NCBI GenBank assembly: GCA_965203355.1
Contig: OZ241889.1
Location: 608,001 to 672,000, forward strand
Direction: 5' to 3'
DNA length: 64,000 nt
Origin: Candidatus Latescibacterota bacterium
GTDB taxonomy: Bacteria; Latescibacterota; UBA2968; UBA8231
Shown: in pieces, positions 9,762 through 19,972 of the stretch
How the letters are laid out: each line of letters opens with the position of its first letter
How positions within the stretch are numbered: the first letter of the stretch is position 1
Notes under the pieces: model-generated
What the model saw: only the letters and a program-made list of their open reading frames with translations
Told to the model about the DNA's origin: nothing
The model's database searches: none
Translations under genes and position numbers: made by a program

Positions 9762-10684
9762 ACTGTCAAATCCCTATAGGTTAGTCGTTTGTTCGCACTG
9801 GCAGCGCACAGAGACTTCATTCTGTCTATGGTGTCCCGTTCGCAATTCCCTTCGTTCAGCCTGAACGTGAACTCATCGACATAGCGTTGCAGGTGCTTGA
9901 AACTGAAATGGTGGAAAGTGCCGTGATAGCCGCGCTTCAGGATCGCCCAGACTGACTCAATCCCGTTGGTGTGCGCCATGCCGTTGACGTACTCCTTGGC
10001 TGAGTGCTTGACGGATTCGTGGTTGAAGAGCACCTCATGCAGGCAGTGGTAGCCCTTGTGCTCGTCAGTGTAGACAGTAGACCAAGCCTGTACATTTGCA
10101 TGCACGAAGCCCTTTAAAGTTTCAGCGTCAGCCCTGGCTATCGCCTTTGCCTTCACGTTGCCTCCCCTTTCACGAGCACCTATAACAACCTGCTTGCCTA
10201 CAGCACCCCGACCTGCTTTCAACTTCTTGCTGTTGTGCTTGTTGCGCTCCTTGCCGCCGATGTAGGTTTCGTCCACCTCAACCACATTGGTCAGCATCCA
10301 GTCGTCCTGCTTGCAAGCCTGGCGTATGCGATGCATCAGGAACCAAGCGGTTTTTTGAGTAACTTCAAGCTCCTTGGAAAGCTGGAGACTGCTGACACTC
10401 TTACGACTGGCCTGCACAAGATATATAGCGTAGAGCCATTGACAAGAGGCAATCGGGAATCCTCGAAAATTGTGCCGTGCCTGACTGTGAAATCTTTTCT
10501 GCAAGACTTGCAGCGGTGGCCGTTGCGTCGCGGTCTGGGGGCGGTGTTTTTGCCGTTGCAGTGCGGACATACAGGCCCGTCCGGCCAGACCTCTTCCTCT
10601 ACAAACTTCACAGCGGAAGCCTCATCAGGAAACAGTTTAAAGAACTCGAAAACTGATATGGTTTTAGCGCGTCTTTTATGTCAT
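9758..10684 (-). pseudogene. IS1595 (ISXO2-like) transposase with two frameshifts
   Basis: The zinc ribbon WPDGPVCPHC...CKSC..FTVRHGTIFEDSRLPL is in one frame. WLYAIYL...VEVDETY...VYTDE...HTNGIESVW is in another (shift near 10444). The ATG at 10684 is also out of frame (ATG ACA TAA) with KRRAKTISVFEFFKLFPDE. Confidence 0.85.
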
Positions 10685-10845
10685 GATTGATTTCCAATTC
10701 AATTACTTGACCGGATAGAATCTTACACTATATGCCCCAAATTGCAAGCGTTTGGGGCAATAAGTATATAATTCCCAAAATTTGCTCCACCGTCCGTAAT
10801 TGTAGCTCCGGGTATTCGCGCCCTCGGATCGTTACATGGCTGTTC

Positions 10846-10877
10846 CGCCGAAGGTTCGTCTACTTTCTCCTTCGGCG
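10846..10877 (-). terminator. Hairpin immediately after the kinase stop codon
   Basis: CGCCGAAGG (10846-10854) pairs with CCTTCGGCG (10869-10877). There is no clear U-tract. Confidence 0.45.
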
Positions 10878-13748
10878 TCACGCGCATCCCGCAACCCGCT
10901 CCCGCAAGGCCGGCAGCAACCGCGCCACTGCGTCCTCCAACAACGCCAAGGCATCCTCAGCGTCGGCAAACGCTGCCTCGCGCCCGATTTCCTCTAGCCG
11001 ATGCGCAGCCGCGGCCACCTGCTCCGCCCCGAAAACGCCCGCCGACCCCTTGAGCGTATGCGCGGCCCGCCGCAACTCAGGGCCATTCGCAGCCGCGAGG
11101 TGATCGCGGATCTGCTGCATCAGCTTGGGGCACTCGGCAAAAAACATCTCGGCCAATTCGCGCAACAAGCCCTCGTCGCCGCCGACGCGCTCAAGCGCAA
11201 GATCCCACGCAAAAGGCAAATCCGCCGACGCGGGCAGTTCGGCCTCGGCACCTTCCACGGCCGCGTACAGCTCGTGCGGGCGCACTGGCTTGGCAACGTA
11301 ACCGTCCATACCCGCCGCCAAAAAGCGGTCGCGATCGCCTTTCATGGCGTGGGCCGTCATGGCAATGATCGGGACGTGCCCGCCGGTCTGGGCCTCTGCC
11401 CGGCGAATGGCCGCCGTTGCCTCTAGGCCGTCCATCTCCGGCATTTGCACGTCCATCAGCACCGCGTCAAAGGGCTGCGCGGCCACTTGCTCCACGGCTG
11501 CACGGCCATTGCTCACTACCACTACTGAGTGGCCGCGTTCCTCTAACAGCCGCACGGCCACCTGTTGGTTGATCGCCCCATCTTCGGCCAAGAGAACGCG
11601 GCGCCCCTCGACCGACTCGTCTCCGGGCATTGCATCGCGCCTTGTTTCCTTCGACGGGACAGCGGCGACGGCCTCGCTAATGGCCTCAAGCAGGTCGGAT
11701 TGTTTGATCGGCTTGAGCAGGCTGTGGGCAATGCCCAAGGAGCGCGACCGCGCACTGTACCCGGCGCGGTCGGCCGAGGAAAGCAGCAGCACCGGCACTT
11801 GGGCAAACGCCGCATTCTCGCGGATTATCGCCACCGTTTCTAGGCCGTCCATCTCCGGCATCATCAGATCCATCAGCACGAGGCCAAAGGGTGGCGTCGC
11901 GGCCTCCAAGGCGGCGATGGCAGCCGCGCCGCTCTCCACGAGCTCGACTTCCATCGCCCAGCTTTTGAGGAGCTCTTCGAGAATCCGCCGATTGGTCGCG
12001 TGATCGTCCACAACTAAAACCTTTAGCCCCCGCAGCGAGACCAGATCGGGGCACTTGGTCTTGGACGTCCCCAATCCCAAGCGCACCGTGCAGTAAAAAG
12101 TGCTGCCTTGCCCCTCCTCGCTTTCGACCCAGATGCGGCCCCCCATCAGCTCGACTAGCTGCTGCGAGATGGCCAAGCCCAAGCCAGAGCCGCCAAAACG
12201 CCGCGAGGTCGAGCTATCGACTTGGCTGAAAGATTCGAATATGCGCGCCTGTTTCTCCGGCGCGATGCCGATCCCGGTGTCGCGCACCCAGAGGCGCAAA
12301 CACACCGCATCTGGCAACGCCTCTTCCACGGCCATGCCAACTTCCACTTCGCCTTCCTCGGTGAACTTGACGGCATTGCCCACCAAGTTGATCACCACTT
12401 GGCGCAAGCGACGCGGGTCGCCGACTAAGCGGTCGGGCACGGCCGCGGGAATGTGGTACACGAGCTCGATGTTTTTGCTCGCCGCGTGCATGGCCAAGGT
12501 CTGCACGGCATTGCCCACCTCGTCGCGCAGATCAAACTCGATCTCCTCTAAGGCCAAGCGGCCTGCTTCTACTTTGGAAAAGTCGAGGATGTCGTTGAGC
12601 AGGGACAGCAGGGCTTCCGCCGACTGCTGGACCAAGGTCAAGTAGTTGCGTTGCTGCGCTTCGAGCCGGGTGCGCGCCAACAGCTCGGTCATGCCGATGA
12701 TGCCGTTCATGGGGGTGCGGATCTCGTGGCTCATATTGGCCAAGAACGCGCTCTTGGCGTGGTTGGCCGCTTCGGCCTGCTCTTTGGCGCCGCGCAGGGC
12801 CTCCTGCGACTCTTCGAGGGCCAACAAAGCCTCGTGCTCGGATTGCGCCGTCGCTGCGGTTAGGCGGTATTGCTCTTGTAGCTGCTCTTCCGAGCGCCGC
12901 CTTTCCGCATCAACCCGTGAAAGCGACGCGGCGTTCCACCAAATAATCAGGGCAAAGGCCAAGATGTTGAGCAGCGTAAAGAGCGAAAGGCCAAACTCGT
13001 AGCCATAGAGGGCCTCGCCTTGCAGGCGCACCCAGTCGAGCAAGAGGGGAATGACAAATGCGGCCGGCAAGAGGCGCCGCGCCACCGAGCCGCCCTCGGT
13101 GGTGCTGATGATGGTGGCGACCGGCTCGCGGTGCGGGCGAGCGCAGAGCAAGCCAAAGCAGAGGATGAGAAATTCGGTCGCCGTGTCCGGGATGACCGGC
13201 ACGTACCCGGCGATCCCGTAGAGCAGGAGCACGTTGTGGAAGTAACTGCTCATCGACAATAGCCCAACGGCCGTTGCCGCGATCCCGCACCCATGCCACA
13301 GGTAGGCGCGGCCCCGCACCTGCACGTCCATCAGCACCAAAGCCAAGCCGATTAGCAAAAAGGAAAACGCCGCATTGGGCGACATTCGGTAGCCGCCCAG
13401 CTTGAAGTAAAAAAGGTAGGTATCGACGCCGCGTTCCCAGTTGTATTGGTAGCCGATCAACTTGAGCACGGCGATGAGCACCACGGTCGCCCCTAACACC
13501 ACGCCCACGGACCGCCGCCAGCGGCTCAGCGGCTCGGCCTGCAACAACAAAAGCGACGCGCCGGCCAAAATAAACTCCATCGCCACGAGCGGGTGCGTCG
13601 CCACCCAACTGACGTGCATGAAGCTTTTGAGGTATTCGTTGTTGGTGTGCCAGCCCCACAGCACCAGCGCACCCACGAGCACGGTCGTGGAAGCGGCCAA
13701 TCGCGCCAACCTGCCGGTCCAGCGCAGGAAGCGGGGATCGCCCCCCAT
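10878..13748 (-). CDS. Membrane-bound hybrid sensor histidine kinase (HisKA-HATPase-REC-REC-Hpt)
   Basis: [32 protein letters not shown], two receivers (LMDLMMP, LMDVQMP), Hpt AAHTLKGSA and a multi-TM N-terminus. Confidence 0.95.
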   Translation of the reverse strand: MGGDPRFLRWTGRLARLAASTTVLVGALVLWGWHTNNEYLKSFMHVSWVATHPLVAMEFILAGASLLLLQAEPLSRWRRSVGVVLGATVVLIAVLKLIGYQYNWERGVDTYLFYFKLGGYRMSPNAAFSFLLIGLALVLMDVQVRGRAYLWHGCGIAATAVGLLSMSSYFHNVLLLYGIAGYVPVIPDTATEFLILCFGLLCARPHREPVATIISTTEGGSVARRLLPAAFVIPLLLDWVRLQGEALYGYEFGLSLFTLLNILAFALIIWWNAASLSRVDAERRRSEEQLQEQYRLTAATAQSEHEALLALEESQEALRGAKEQAEAANHAKSAFLANMSHEIRTPMNGIIGMTELLARTRLEAQQRNYLTLVQQSAEALLSLLNDILDFSKVEAGRLALEEIEFDLRDEVGNAVQTLAMHAASKNIELVYHIPAAVPDRLVGDPRRLRQVVINLVGNAVKFTEEGEVEVGMAVEEALPDAVCLRLWVRDTGIGIAPEKQARIFESFSQVDSSTSRRFGGSGLGLAISQQLVELMGGRIWVESEEGQGSTFYCTVRLGLGTSKTKCPDLVSLRGLKVLVVDDHATNRRILEELLKSWAMEVELVESGAAAIAALEAATPPFGLVLMDLMMPEMDGLETVAIIRENAAFAQVPVLLLSSADRAGYSARSRSLGIAHSLLKPIKQSDLLEAISEAVAAVPSKETRRDAMPGDESVEGRRVLLAEDGAINQQVAVRLLEERGHSVVVVSNGRAAVEQVAAQPFDAVLMDVQMPEMDGLEATAAIRRAEAQTGGHVPIIAMTAHAMKGDRDRFLAAGMDGYVAKPVRPHELYAAVEGAEAELPASADLPFAWDLALERVGGDEGLLRELAEMFFAECPKLMQQIRDHLAAANGPELRRAAHTLKGSAGVFGAEQVAAAAHRLEEIGREAAFADAEDALALLEDAVARLLPALRERVAGCA

Positions 13749-13750
13749 AG

Positions 13751-14122
13751 CTAACCTGCTACGGCCTCCCGGATAGACCGCGCCAAACTCTCGCCATTGA
13801 TCTGCGTTTTGATTAGGTAATCGCACGCGCCGGCCGCGACGGCCTCTTCGGCCAGCACTTCGTCATCGAGGCCCGTCAGGACCAGTACGGGGATGTTCGG
13901 GACGGTTGCTTTGACGCGCTCAAAGGTGGCTAGCTCTTGGCTGTCGGGCAGTACGAGATCGAGGAGAATCGCGTCAATGCCACCGGCTTCTAACCGCACC
14001 AAGCCAGCCGCTAAGTTATCGACCGCCTCCACGGCAAATTCCGGTTTTAGAAAGCCCTGCAACAGGCGCGCGTGAATGGGATTGTCCTCAAAGAGCAGGA
14101 CGGATATAGGGCAATTAGTCAT
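13751..14122 (-). CDS. Single-domain response regulator
   Basis: [23 protein letters not shown]. Confidence 0.9.
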   Translation of the reverse strand: MTNCPISVLLFEDNPIHARLLQGFLKPEFAVEAVDNLAAGLVRLEAGGIDAILLDLVLPDSQELATFERVKATVPNIPVLVLTGLDDEVLAEEAVAAGACDYLIKTQINGESLARSIREAVAG

Positions 14123-14136
14123 AGTGCGTTATTGGT

Positions 14137-14228
14137 CCAGTGGCCGGTAGCCAGTGGCCGGTAGCCAGTGGCCGGTGGCCAGTTCCCTGCCTGACCACTG
14201 ATCACTGGCCACTGACCACTGACCACTA
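14137..14228. repeat. Inverted heptamer tandem repeats
   Basis: (CCAGTGG CCGGTAG)-type 7-mers at 14137-14183 face five CTGACCA-like 7-mers at 14191-14225. Confidence 0.85.
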
Positions 14229-14795
14229 GTAATACGGATTTTCTCCGGCGGCGTGATCTGTCGCGTCAACCACGGCTTCCACTTCGGGCACGGCTTCCTT
14301 GATCATGCGGATGATGCCCTGTTTGAGCGTCACATCCGCTTGGCCGCAGCCCTGACAGCCCCCGCCCATCTGCACGAAGACCGTGTCGCCTTTGATGTCT
14401 ACTAAGGTCACCACGCCGCCGTGAGAGGCCACGCCCGGGTTGATTTGGGTTTCGATGACGCGGTGGACGGCCTCGGCCACCGGGCCGCTCAGGTGCTCAG
14501 GCATCTTGCGCGGCCGCTCGATCTTGAAGCCCGAACCCATCAGCCCATCTACGTAATCCACCTTGGCTTCCGCCAACAGGTCGGCACTTTCGGGGTCCAT
14601 GTACACGTCAAAGCCCGAAAAGTGGACGACCTGATCGTCGCCGTCTATCTGCTGGTCGGAGATGAAGGCCAGCCTGTAGTCAACCTGATTAGCCGGGTCG
14701 AGGCGCGCGCCGATGCGCAGGCCCTTGACCGGCTTTTCGCTCGCGGCGACTAGGTTGGCAATTTTCTGCTCTGCTGCTTCAGTAATGGTAATCAT
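14226..14795 (-). CDS. nfuA: Fe-S biogenesis protein NfuA
   Basis: A-type carrier N-domain (ITITEAA, GLRI, VDYVDG..GSGF) plus NifU-C INPGVASHGG, GGGCQGC, DATDHAAGENPYY. Confidence 0.9.
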   Translation of the reverse strand: MITITEAAEQKIANLVAASEKPVKGLRIGARLDPANQVDYRLAFISDQQIDGDDQVVHFSGFDVYMDPESADLLAEAKVDYVDGLMGSGFKIERPRKMPEHLSGPVAEAVHRVIETQINPGVASHGGVVTLVDIKGDTVFVQMGGGCQGCGQADVTLKQGIIRMIKEAVPEVEAVVDATDHAAGENPYY

Positions 14796-14904
14796 GGCCT
14801 GTCCTTCGGCGGGGTGAGCTACGAGGCGTGAACAGAATGTACGCGGCATCCCCAAAGCGTCAAGCTGCCAATCAACATCTTGTACGGGGGCTAACATGCG
14901 TCCC

Positions 14905-15005
14905 AGAACAGCCGCCTGCCCGTAACCTTTTATCCGCCGACGGCAGGGAAATCGACCTATTATTAGGCAGGCTTTGTTCCGCTTAAAATCAAAATGACCG
15001 ATCGA
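14905..15005 (+). pseudogene. Decayed C-terminal relic of an AAA/DUF4143-type ATPase
   Basis: Three frames read LPVTFY / SADGREIDLLL / GFVPLKIKMTDR, resembling the YxRTxxGxEIDLL...IEIK motif. Confidence 0.45.
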
Positions 15006-15055
15006 TTGGTGTTGCACTCGTTGGTGCTCTCCAATGACGGCGCTAGACGAGGGCA

Positions 15056-17581
15056 TTACAGCCGCGGGTCAACCGACTCGCTTTCCAACGCCAAGACCCC
15101 AAAGACGCATTCGTGTACTCGGCGCAAGGATTGCCCGGCGACAAACCGCTCCAAGCCCTCCACGCCCAGCGCGAATTCACGCCGGGCCAACGCCTGCTTG
15201 CCCTTGAGATTGCGGCGGCGCAACAGCGCTATGCGCTCCGTGTACTCAGGCCCGTAGATAAGCCGCAAATACGCACGGCCCCGGCACTTGAGCGCCGGCT
15301 GCACCAGGCCGCGCCCGTTGGTGCAGACAAAGTTCAAGGGTTTGGCGACGAGTCCCTCGCCGCCGCTTGCGGTCAATTCCTCCCACCACCTTACTACTTC
15401 GCTGCTGCTCTGCATATCGTCTAAAACCACCCGTCGGCGATCGAGCGCACACAGCAACTCAGGCTCGGCCGCGCAGAGCTTGTCCAAGGTCTCCAGATGC
15501 CAGGCGTGGGTCTGGTTGACGTGGACCTGTCCCGCCGTGGCCAGGAGGTGAAAAGGAGCCACTTTGAGATCCTCGAGCGAACGCACGGGCCAGCAGTAGG
15601 GGCGATAGGCCGCGGCGTAATGGGCCACGGACTCGGCCCGGCGGCGGCAACGGCTCAACAACTCGCCCACGGCTACGCCCCGTGCCGCCGCCTGCTCCAG
15701 CACACCTGCGGACGCGGCCAGCGACACCCGGGCGGCCGCGCCCACGGCCGCGTACTGGCTTTCAAGCAGCGGCTGCGCTTTGGCGGACCAAGGCATGATT
15801 TCGGCGTCGAGTATCGCCCAGTCCGTCTCCAGTACACTCCACAGTTCGCTGCGCTCAAAGGCCCGGCGCACGTGGTCCAAGACCCCGGTTTCCAAGCCTA
15901 CATCCGCAAAGAAGCGGCGGCCCGTGCGCGTGTAGCAGATGCCCGCGCTGCCGTCCTCTATGCCGAAACACCGCTGCGCGGTCGCCGGGTCGCGGCAGAC
16001 GACCAACACGGCCCGCGAGCCCATCTGCTTCTCCTCGCAGACGAGCTCGCGCACACCACAGCGGCGATAGTACGCCAAGACCTCGTCTGGGTGTTCGAGC
16101 AGGTCGGAGCGGGTGCTAGTTTGGGGTGGGGCCATCGTCGGCGGCAGATAGACCAGCCACCGGGGATCAACGGCAAAGCGGCTCATCACCTCCAGCGCCG
16201 CCGCCGCCCGCTCGGCATGAACGGTAACTCGACCCATCAACCGCGTCTCCACCCTCCGGCCTTCAGCCACATCCGCTAAGTCGAGTACATCGTCGCGCGT
16301 TGGTTGCGCCGCCAAGGGGCGGACCGGCTCGGAGTACCGCGCCTTGGCCGGAACGGATACGAGCTCCAGCTCGGGATAGCGCAGCGCCGTCAGCGCACCG
16401 CCAAACACGCAGCCGGTGTCGATGTTGATCGCGTTGTTGACCCACTCGGGCTGCGCCACCGGCGTGTGGCCATAGACGACGCGCGCACGGCCCCGATACT
16501 CGGCCGCCCAGTCGCGGCGCACCGGCAGACCAAACTCGTCCACCTCGCCCGTCGGATCCCCGTATAGGGCGAACGCCCGCACAGCCCCGGAGGCGCGGCC
16601 AGCCAGTTCCTCCTTCATGCCAGCGTGCGCTACCACCAACGCCCCGCCGTCGAGGACGTAGTGGCTGACCAAGCCACCGAGAAAGGTTTCGACTTTGTTC
16701 TTGAACGCCGCCGTCTCGCCAGCGAGTTGGGTCAGCGTCTCTGCCAAGCCGTGCGTGCGTTGAACTTTTCTGCCCTGCAAGGCTCGGACCAAGCGCACGT
16801 CGTGGTTGCCCGGTACGCACAAGGCCGCGCCCGACTCCACCAGGCGCATGACCAGCGCGAGGACGCCAGGGGCATTGGGGCCGCGGTCCACCAAGTCGCC
16901 GACAAAGACGGCCTTGCGCCCTAGCGGCGGCTCCACCTTTTCCCTTGCGATGCGATACCCTAGCTGGTTGAGCAGGGCTTCGAGTTCGGCGCAACACCCG
17001 TGGACATCGCCGATAATGTCAAACGGACCGCGCTCTTCGCGGCGGTCGGGCCACAGCTTTTCCCGCACCACTTCGACCCGCGCCACGTCTGCGGGCGAGC
17101 GCAGCGCAAAGGTGCGGCGAAAGCCCTCGCGCTTGAGGCCCTTGAGGCTGCGGCGTAGCTGGCGGTATTGCCGGGGGATTACGTGGGGGGGCAAGTCGCG
17201 GTCGGAGCGCCCGGCCGCGCGCTCTTCGCAGAGCGATTGGGGCAGGTCGAAGACGATGGCCACCGGCTGGGCGTGGTAGCACTTGGCCAGTTCCACCAGC
17301 GGCTTGCGCGCCTCGGGCTGGACGTTAGTCGCATCTATCACGGTCAACAGGCCCCGCGCCAAGCGGCGGGCGGCGACAAAGTGCAGAGAGGCAAACGCAT
17401 CGTCCGTGGCCTCTAGGCTGTTTTCGTCATCTGCGACCAAGGCGCGAAAAGAGTCCGCGGACAACACCTCAGTCGGGCGGAAGTACTCGCGGGCAAAGGT
17501 CGATTTGCCCGCGCTAGAAACGCCGATTAGCACTACTAGCGAGAGGTCGGGTATCGAGAGGCGAATTTTCTCGTCAGCCAC
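15056..17581 (-). CDS. pnkp: Polynucleotide kinase-phosphatase-ligase Pnkp
   Basis: Kinase P-loop GVSSAGKST and DATN. Phosphatase GDVHG, GDLVDRG, GNHD. Ligase WLVYLPPTM, EEKQMGSRA, EGLVAKP, ESVDPRL. Confidence 0.95.
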   Translation of the reverse strand: MADEKIRLSIPDLSLVVLIGVSSAGKSTFAREYFRPTEVLSADSFRALVADDENSLEATDDAFASLHFVAARRLARGLLTVIDATNVQPEARKPLVELAKCYHAQPVAIVFDLPQSLCEERAAGRSDRDLPPHVIPRQYRQLRRSLKGLKREGFRRTFALRSPADVARVEVVREKLWPDRREERGPFDIIGDVHGCCAELEALLNQLGYRIAREKVEPPLGRKAVFVGDLVDRGPNAPGVLALVMRLVESGAALCVPGNHDVRLVRALQGRKVQRTHGLAETLTQLAGETAAFKNKVETFLGGLVSHYVLDGGALVVAHAGMKEELAGRASGAVRAFALYGDPTGEVDEFGLPVRRDWAAEYRGRARVVYGHTPVAQPEWVNNAINIDTGCVFGGALTALRYPELELVSVPAKARYSEPVRPLAAQPTRDDVLDLADVAEGRRVETRLMGRVTVHAERAAAALEVMSRFAVDPRWLVYLPPTMAPPQTSTRSDLLEHPDEVLAYYRRCGVRELVCEEKQMGSRAVLVVCRDPATAQRCFGIEDGSAGICYTRTGRRFFADVGLETGVLDHVRRAFERSELWSVLETDWAILDAEIMPWSAKAQPLLESQYAAVGAAARVSLAASAGVLEQAAARGVAVGELLSRCRRRAESVAHYAAAYRPYCWPVRSLEDLKVAPFHLLATAGQVHVNQTHAWHLETLDKLCAAEPELLCALDRRRVVLDDMQSSSEVVRWWEELTASGGEGLVAKPLNFVCTNGRGLVQPALKCRGRAYLRLIYGPEYTERIALLRRRNLKGKQALARREFALGVEGLERFVAGQSLRRVHECVFGVLALESESVDPRL

Positions 17582-18941
17582 GAGTACCCCTCGCAGAGAA
17601 AATCGCCATCTGCGTCGGTGCGCCTAGATCGGGATCCTCCGGGCCGATGGGCGCGATGCGCACGGCATATCCATAGCGTCTCCCTACCTCCTCGGCCCAC
17701 GCCCGGAATTCCGCGCGCCGCCACTCAAAGCGGTGGTCGGGATGGCGAAATGCACCGGCCAGCAGCGCGGGCCAATGGGCATTGTACTCCGCGTTAGGGG
17801 TGGTTATCACGACCGTAGCGGGACGGGCAAACTCGAACACAACGCGCTCGCAGGTCCGTAACTGCGGCGGCTCCAAATGCTCGACGACTTCCACCAGTGC
17901 CGCCGCGTCGTACCCACTCAATCGGGCGTCGCGATAGGACAGCGAGCCTTGAAATACTGCGACCTGTTCGCCGTGCGGCAACCTCGCTAGCCGCTGGCGG
18001 GCGCGAGCCAAGGCTTGCGGCGACACGTCCATTCCCGCCACTTCGGTAAACTGCGCTTCCGCCGCTAACTGCGCGAGCAGCCTTCCTTCTCCGCAGCCGA
18101 GGTCCAGCACCCGCCCGGCACCGCTCGCCTTGAGTTCCGCGAACACGGCGGCTAATCGCTGCTGGTTCAAGCTCAGTTCCGCTTCAAGAGCCTCTTCTTC
18201 GGCCTCGCCTGCTTCCTCTACCAAAAGCCGCGACAGCGCCACCTGCTTCAGACCTCGCTGATGCTTTAGGTAGCGCTCGATGACTAAGTCGCGCAGTGGG
18301 TGACCTGTGAGCCACTCTCCGCCCCGCCGCATCAGCTTGTCGATCTCTTCCTCGCCCACGTAGTAGTGCTTCTCGTCGTCGAGCACTGGTATCAACACGT
18401 ACAGATGTGCCAGCACTTCTTTTAACGGCTGCACACCCGCTAGCTCGACTTCGTAATAGGGGCTGTTTCCCCACGCTGGAAAGTGCTCGTCGAGCAAGAA
18501 GCCTCTGGCTTCCACTGCATATCCCAACGGCTCAAAGAGACCGCGCAACAAGTCCTCGCCGCCGCGACAGGGCAGCACGCTAACGCCGACCCGTAGCGGC
18601 AGGGCTTCTCCTACCAGCTCAGCCCGTTCGCGGCACTGTCCGTTCAAGGCCGAGGTAAACACGCGGGCAATGGATACGCTAGTAAAAGAAGAGGCCGCGT
18701 ACGGACGGTCGTTGACATAAGACGCCAGCGCAACGTTGGGGGATGCCGAGCGACGCTTGAGCGCGGTTGGCTCTACGTCGAGGAGCAGCGCGGCCGTGCA
18801 TCGCTCAGCCGAGGCTTCTGGATAGAAGACGTGCGCCGTCCCAAAAGGCAGTTCAAAGGCTTGGGTGCGGTCTGGGTGCTTGTGCAGGAGATAGCCCAAG
18901 TCCGTGGCGGGTTGATGGACCGTACTTATGGTCAGGAGCAC
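17574..18941 (-). CDS. hen1: 3'-terminal RNA ribose 2'-O-methyltransferase Hen1
   Basis: MLLTIST..PATDLGYLLHKHP, YVNDRPY, LDLGCGEG, VEVVEHL, FRHPDHRFEW. Overlaps pnkp. Confidence 0.95.
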   Translation of the reverse strand: MLLTISTVHQPATDLGYLLHKHPDRTQAFELPFGTAHVFYPEASAERCTAALLLDVEPTALKRRSASPNVALASYVNDRPYAASSFTSVSIARVFTSALNGQCRERAELVGEALPLRVGVSVLPCRGGEDLLRGLFEPLGYAVEARGFLLDEHFPAWGNSPYYEVELAGVQPLKEVLAHLYVLIPVLDDEKHYYVGEEEIDKLMRRGGEWLTGHPLRDLVIERYLKHQRGLKQVALSRLLVEEAGEAEEEALEAELSLNQQRLAAVFAELKASGAGRVLDLGCGEGRLLAQLAAEAQFTEVAGMDVSPQALARARQRLARLPHGEQVAVFQGSLSYRDARLSGYDAAALVEVVEHLEPPQLRTCERVVFEFARPATVVITTPNAEYNAHWPALLAGAFRHPDHRFEWRRAEFRAWAEEVGRRYGYAVRIAPIGPEDPDLGAPTQMAIFSARGTRG

Positions 18942-19082
18942 AGTGCCCGCCCGATGGCAGAATATGGGTTCTGGGGTGTTTTAATGGACATTTTCGGGTC
19001 GAGGATTTACCTTCTAGGCTATTAATCACTCCTCACCCGTCAAAGGTAGGTAAAAATGTCCGAGCCCGTAAGGAGGCCCCCC

Positions 19083-19970
19083 ATGATCCAACTCCCTAAG
19101 TCCATCCTCGGCATCATCGCCGCTGTCTTCATTCTATTTCTCGTCAGTCCGCGCTTCTATCAGAGCGTTCCGGCCGGCCACGTCGCCGTCGCCACCCTTT
19201 TCGGCGAAGTCCAGCCCACCCACTTCACCGAGGGCTTAAAAATTCCGGTCAACCCGCTCTACCAATGGCACCTCTTCGACGTGCGCCAAAAGACGCACTC
19301 CGAAACCTCCAACGTCCCCAGCCAAGACCAGCTACAGACCAAGATCGACGTCAGCGTTCAGTACCGTCTCATAGCGGCTGACACGCCGCGCATCTTAAAG
19401 GAGACGGGCGATATTAGCTCCGTGCGCGCTGTACACATCGTACCCAAGCTGCGCTCACTCATCCGCGAGCAGGGCAAAACCATCAGGCGCGCCGAGGACT
19501 TCTTTTTGGAAGCCACGCAAGCCACTTTGCAGACGGCCCTGCTCGAAGGGCTGAAGGATTACCTCGGCCCCAAAGGAGTCGAGGTCGAGGCCGTGTTGAT
19601 CCGCGACATCTCGCTGCCGCCTTTTATCACCAAGGCCATTGAGGCCAAAAAAGAGCGCGAGCAGGAAGTCGAAAAGCAAAAAGCCGAGCTGGAGCGCTTT
19701 ACCACCGAGCAAAAACAACTAGTCGCCGAGGCCGAAGCCAAACGGGACGCCGCCGCGGCCGAAGCCGAAAAGCGCCGCCTGCTCGCCGACGCCCAAGCAT
19801 ACGAAATCTCTAAGATCAACGAAGCCATCGGCCGCAATCCCAACTACGTCAAGCTCCAAGCACTCAAATCCCTCGAAGCCATTTCCAAGGACCCGGCCGC
19901 CAAGGTCTATTTCATCGACGGCGACAGCCCTTCACCGCTGCCGCTGATGCACTTAGGCGACGCTAAGTAG
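19083..19970 (+). CDS. SPFH/prohibitin family membrane protein
   Basis: N-terminal TM, VPAGHVAV..LFG, VLIRDISLP, coiled-coil AIEAK..EQE. Confidence 0.9.
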   Translation: MIQLPKSILGIIAAVFILFLVSPRFYQSVPAGHVAVATLFGEVQPTHFTEGLKIPVNPLYQWHLFDVRQKTHSETSNVPSQDQLQTKIDVSVQYRLIAADTPRILKETGDISSVRAVHIVPKLRSLIREQGKTIRRAEDFFLEATQATLQTALLEGLKDYLGPKGVEVEAVLIRDISLPPFITKAIEAKKEREQEVEKQKAELERFTTEQKQLVAEAEAKRDAAAAEAEKRRLLADAQAYEISKINEAIGRNPNYVKLQALKSLEAISKDPAAKVYFIDGDSPSPLPLMHLGDAK

Positions 19971-19972
19971 CT

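Larger units (their letters stand above)
8521..10776 (-). mobile_element. IS1595-family element (ISNwi-like end) carrying restriction-modification passenger genes; right end not found
   Basis: Minus-strand GGGAATTATATACTT begins at 10776 and matches the ggnnatTAT end described for the ISNwi group. The block contains an IS1595 transposase and is visibly lower in GC than its flanks. Confidence 0.75.
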
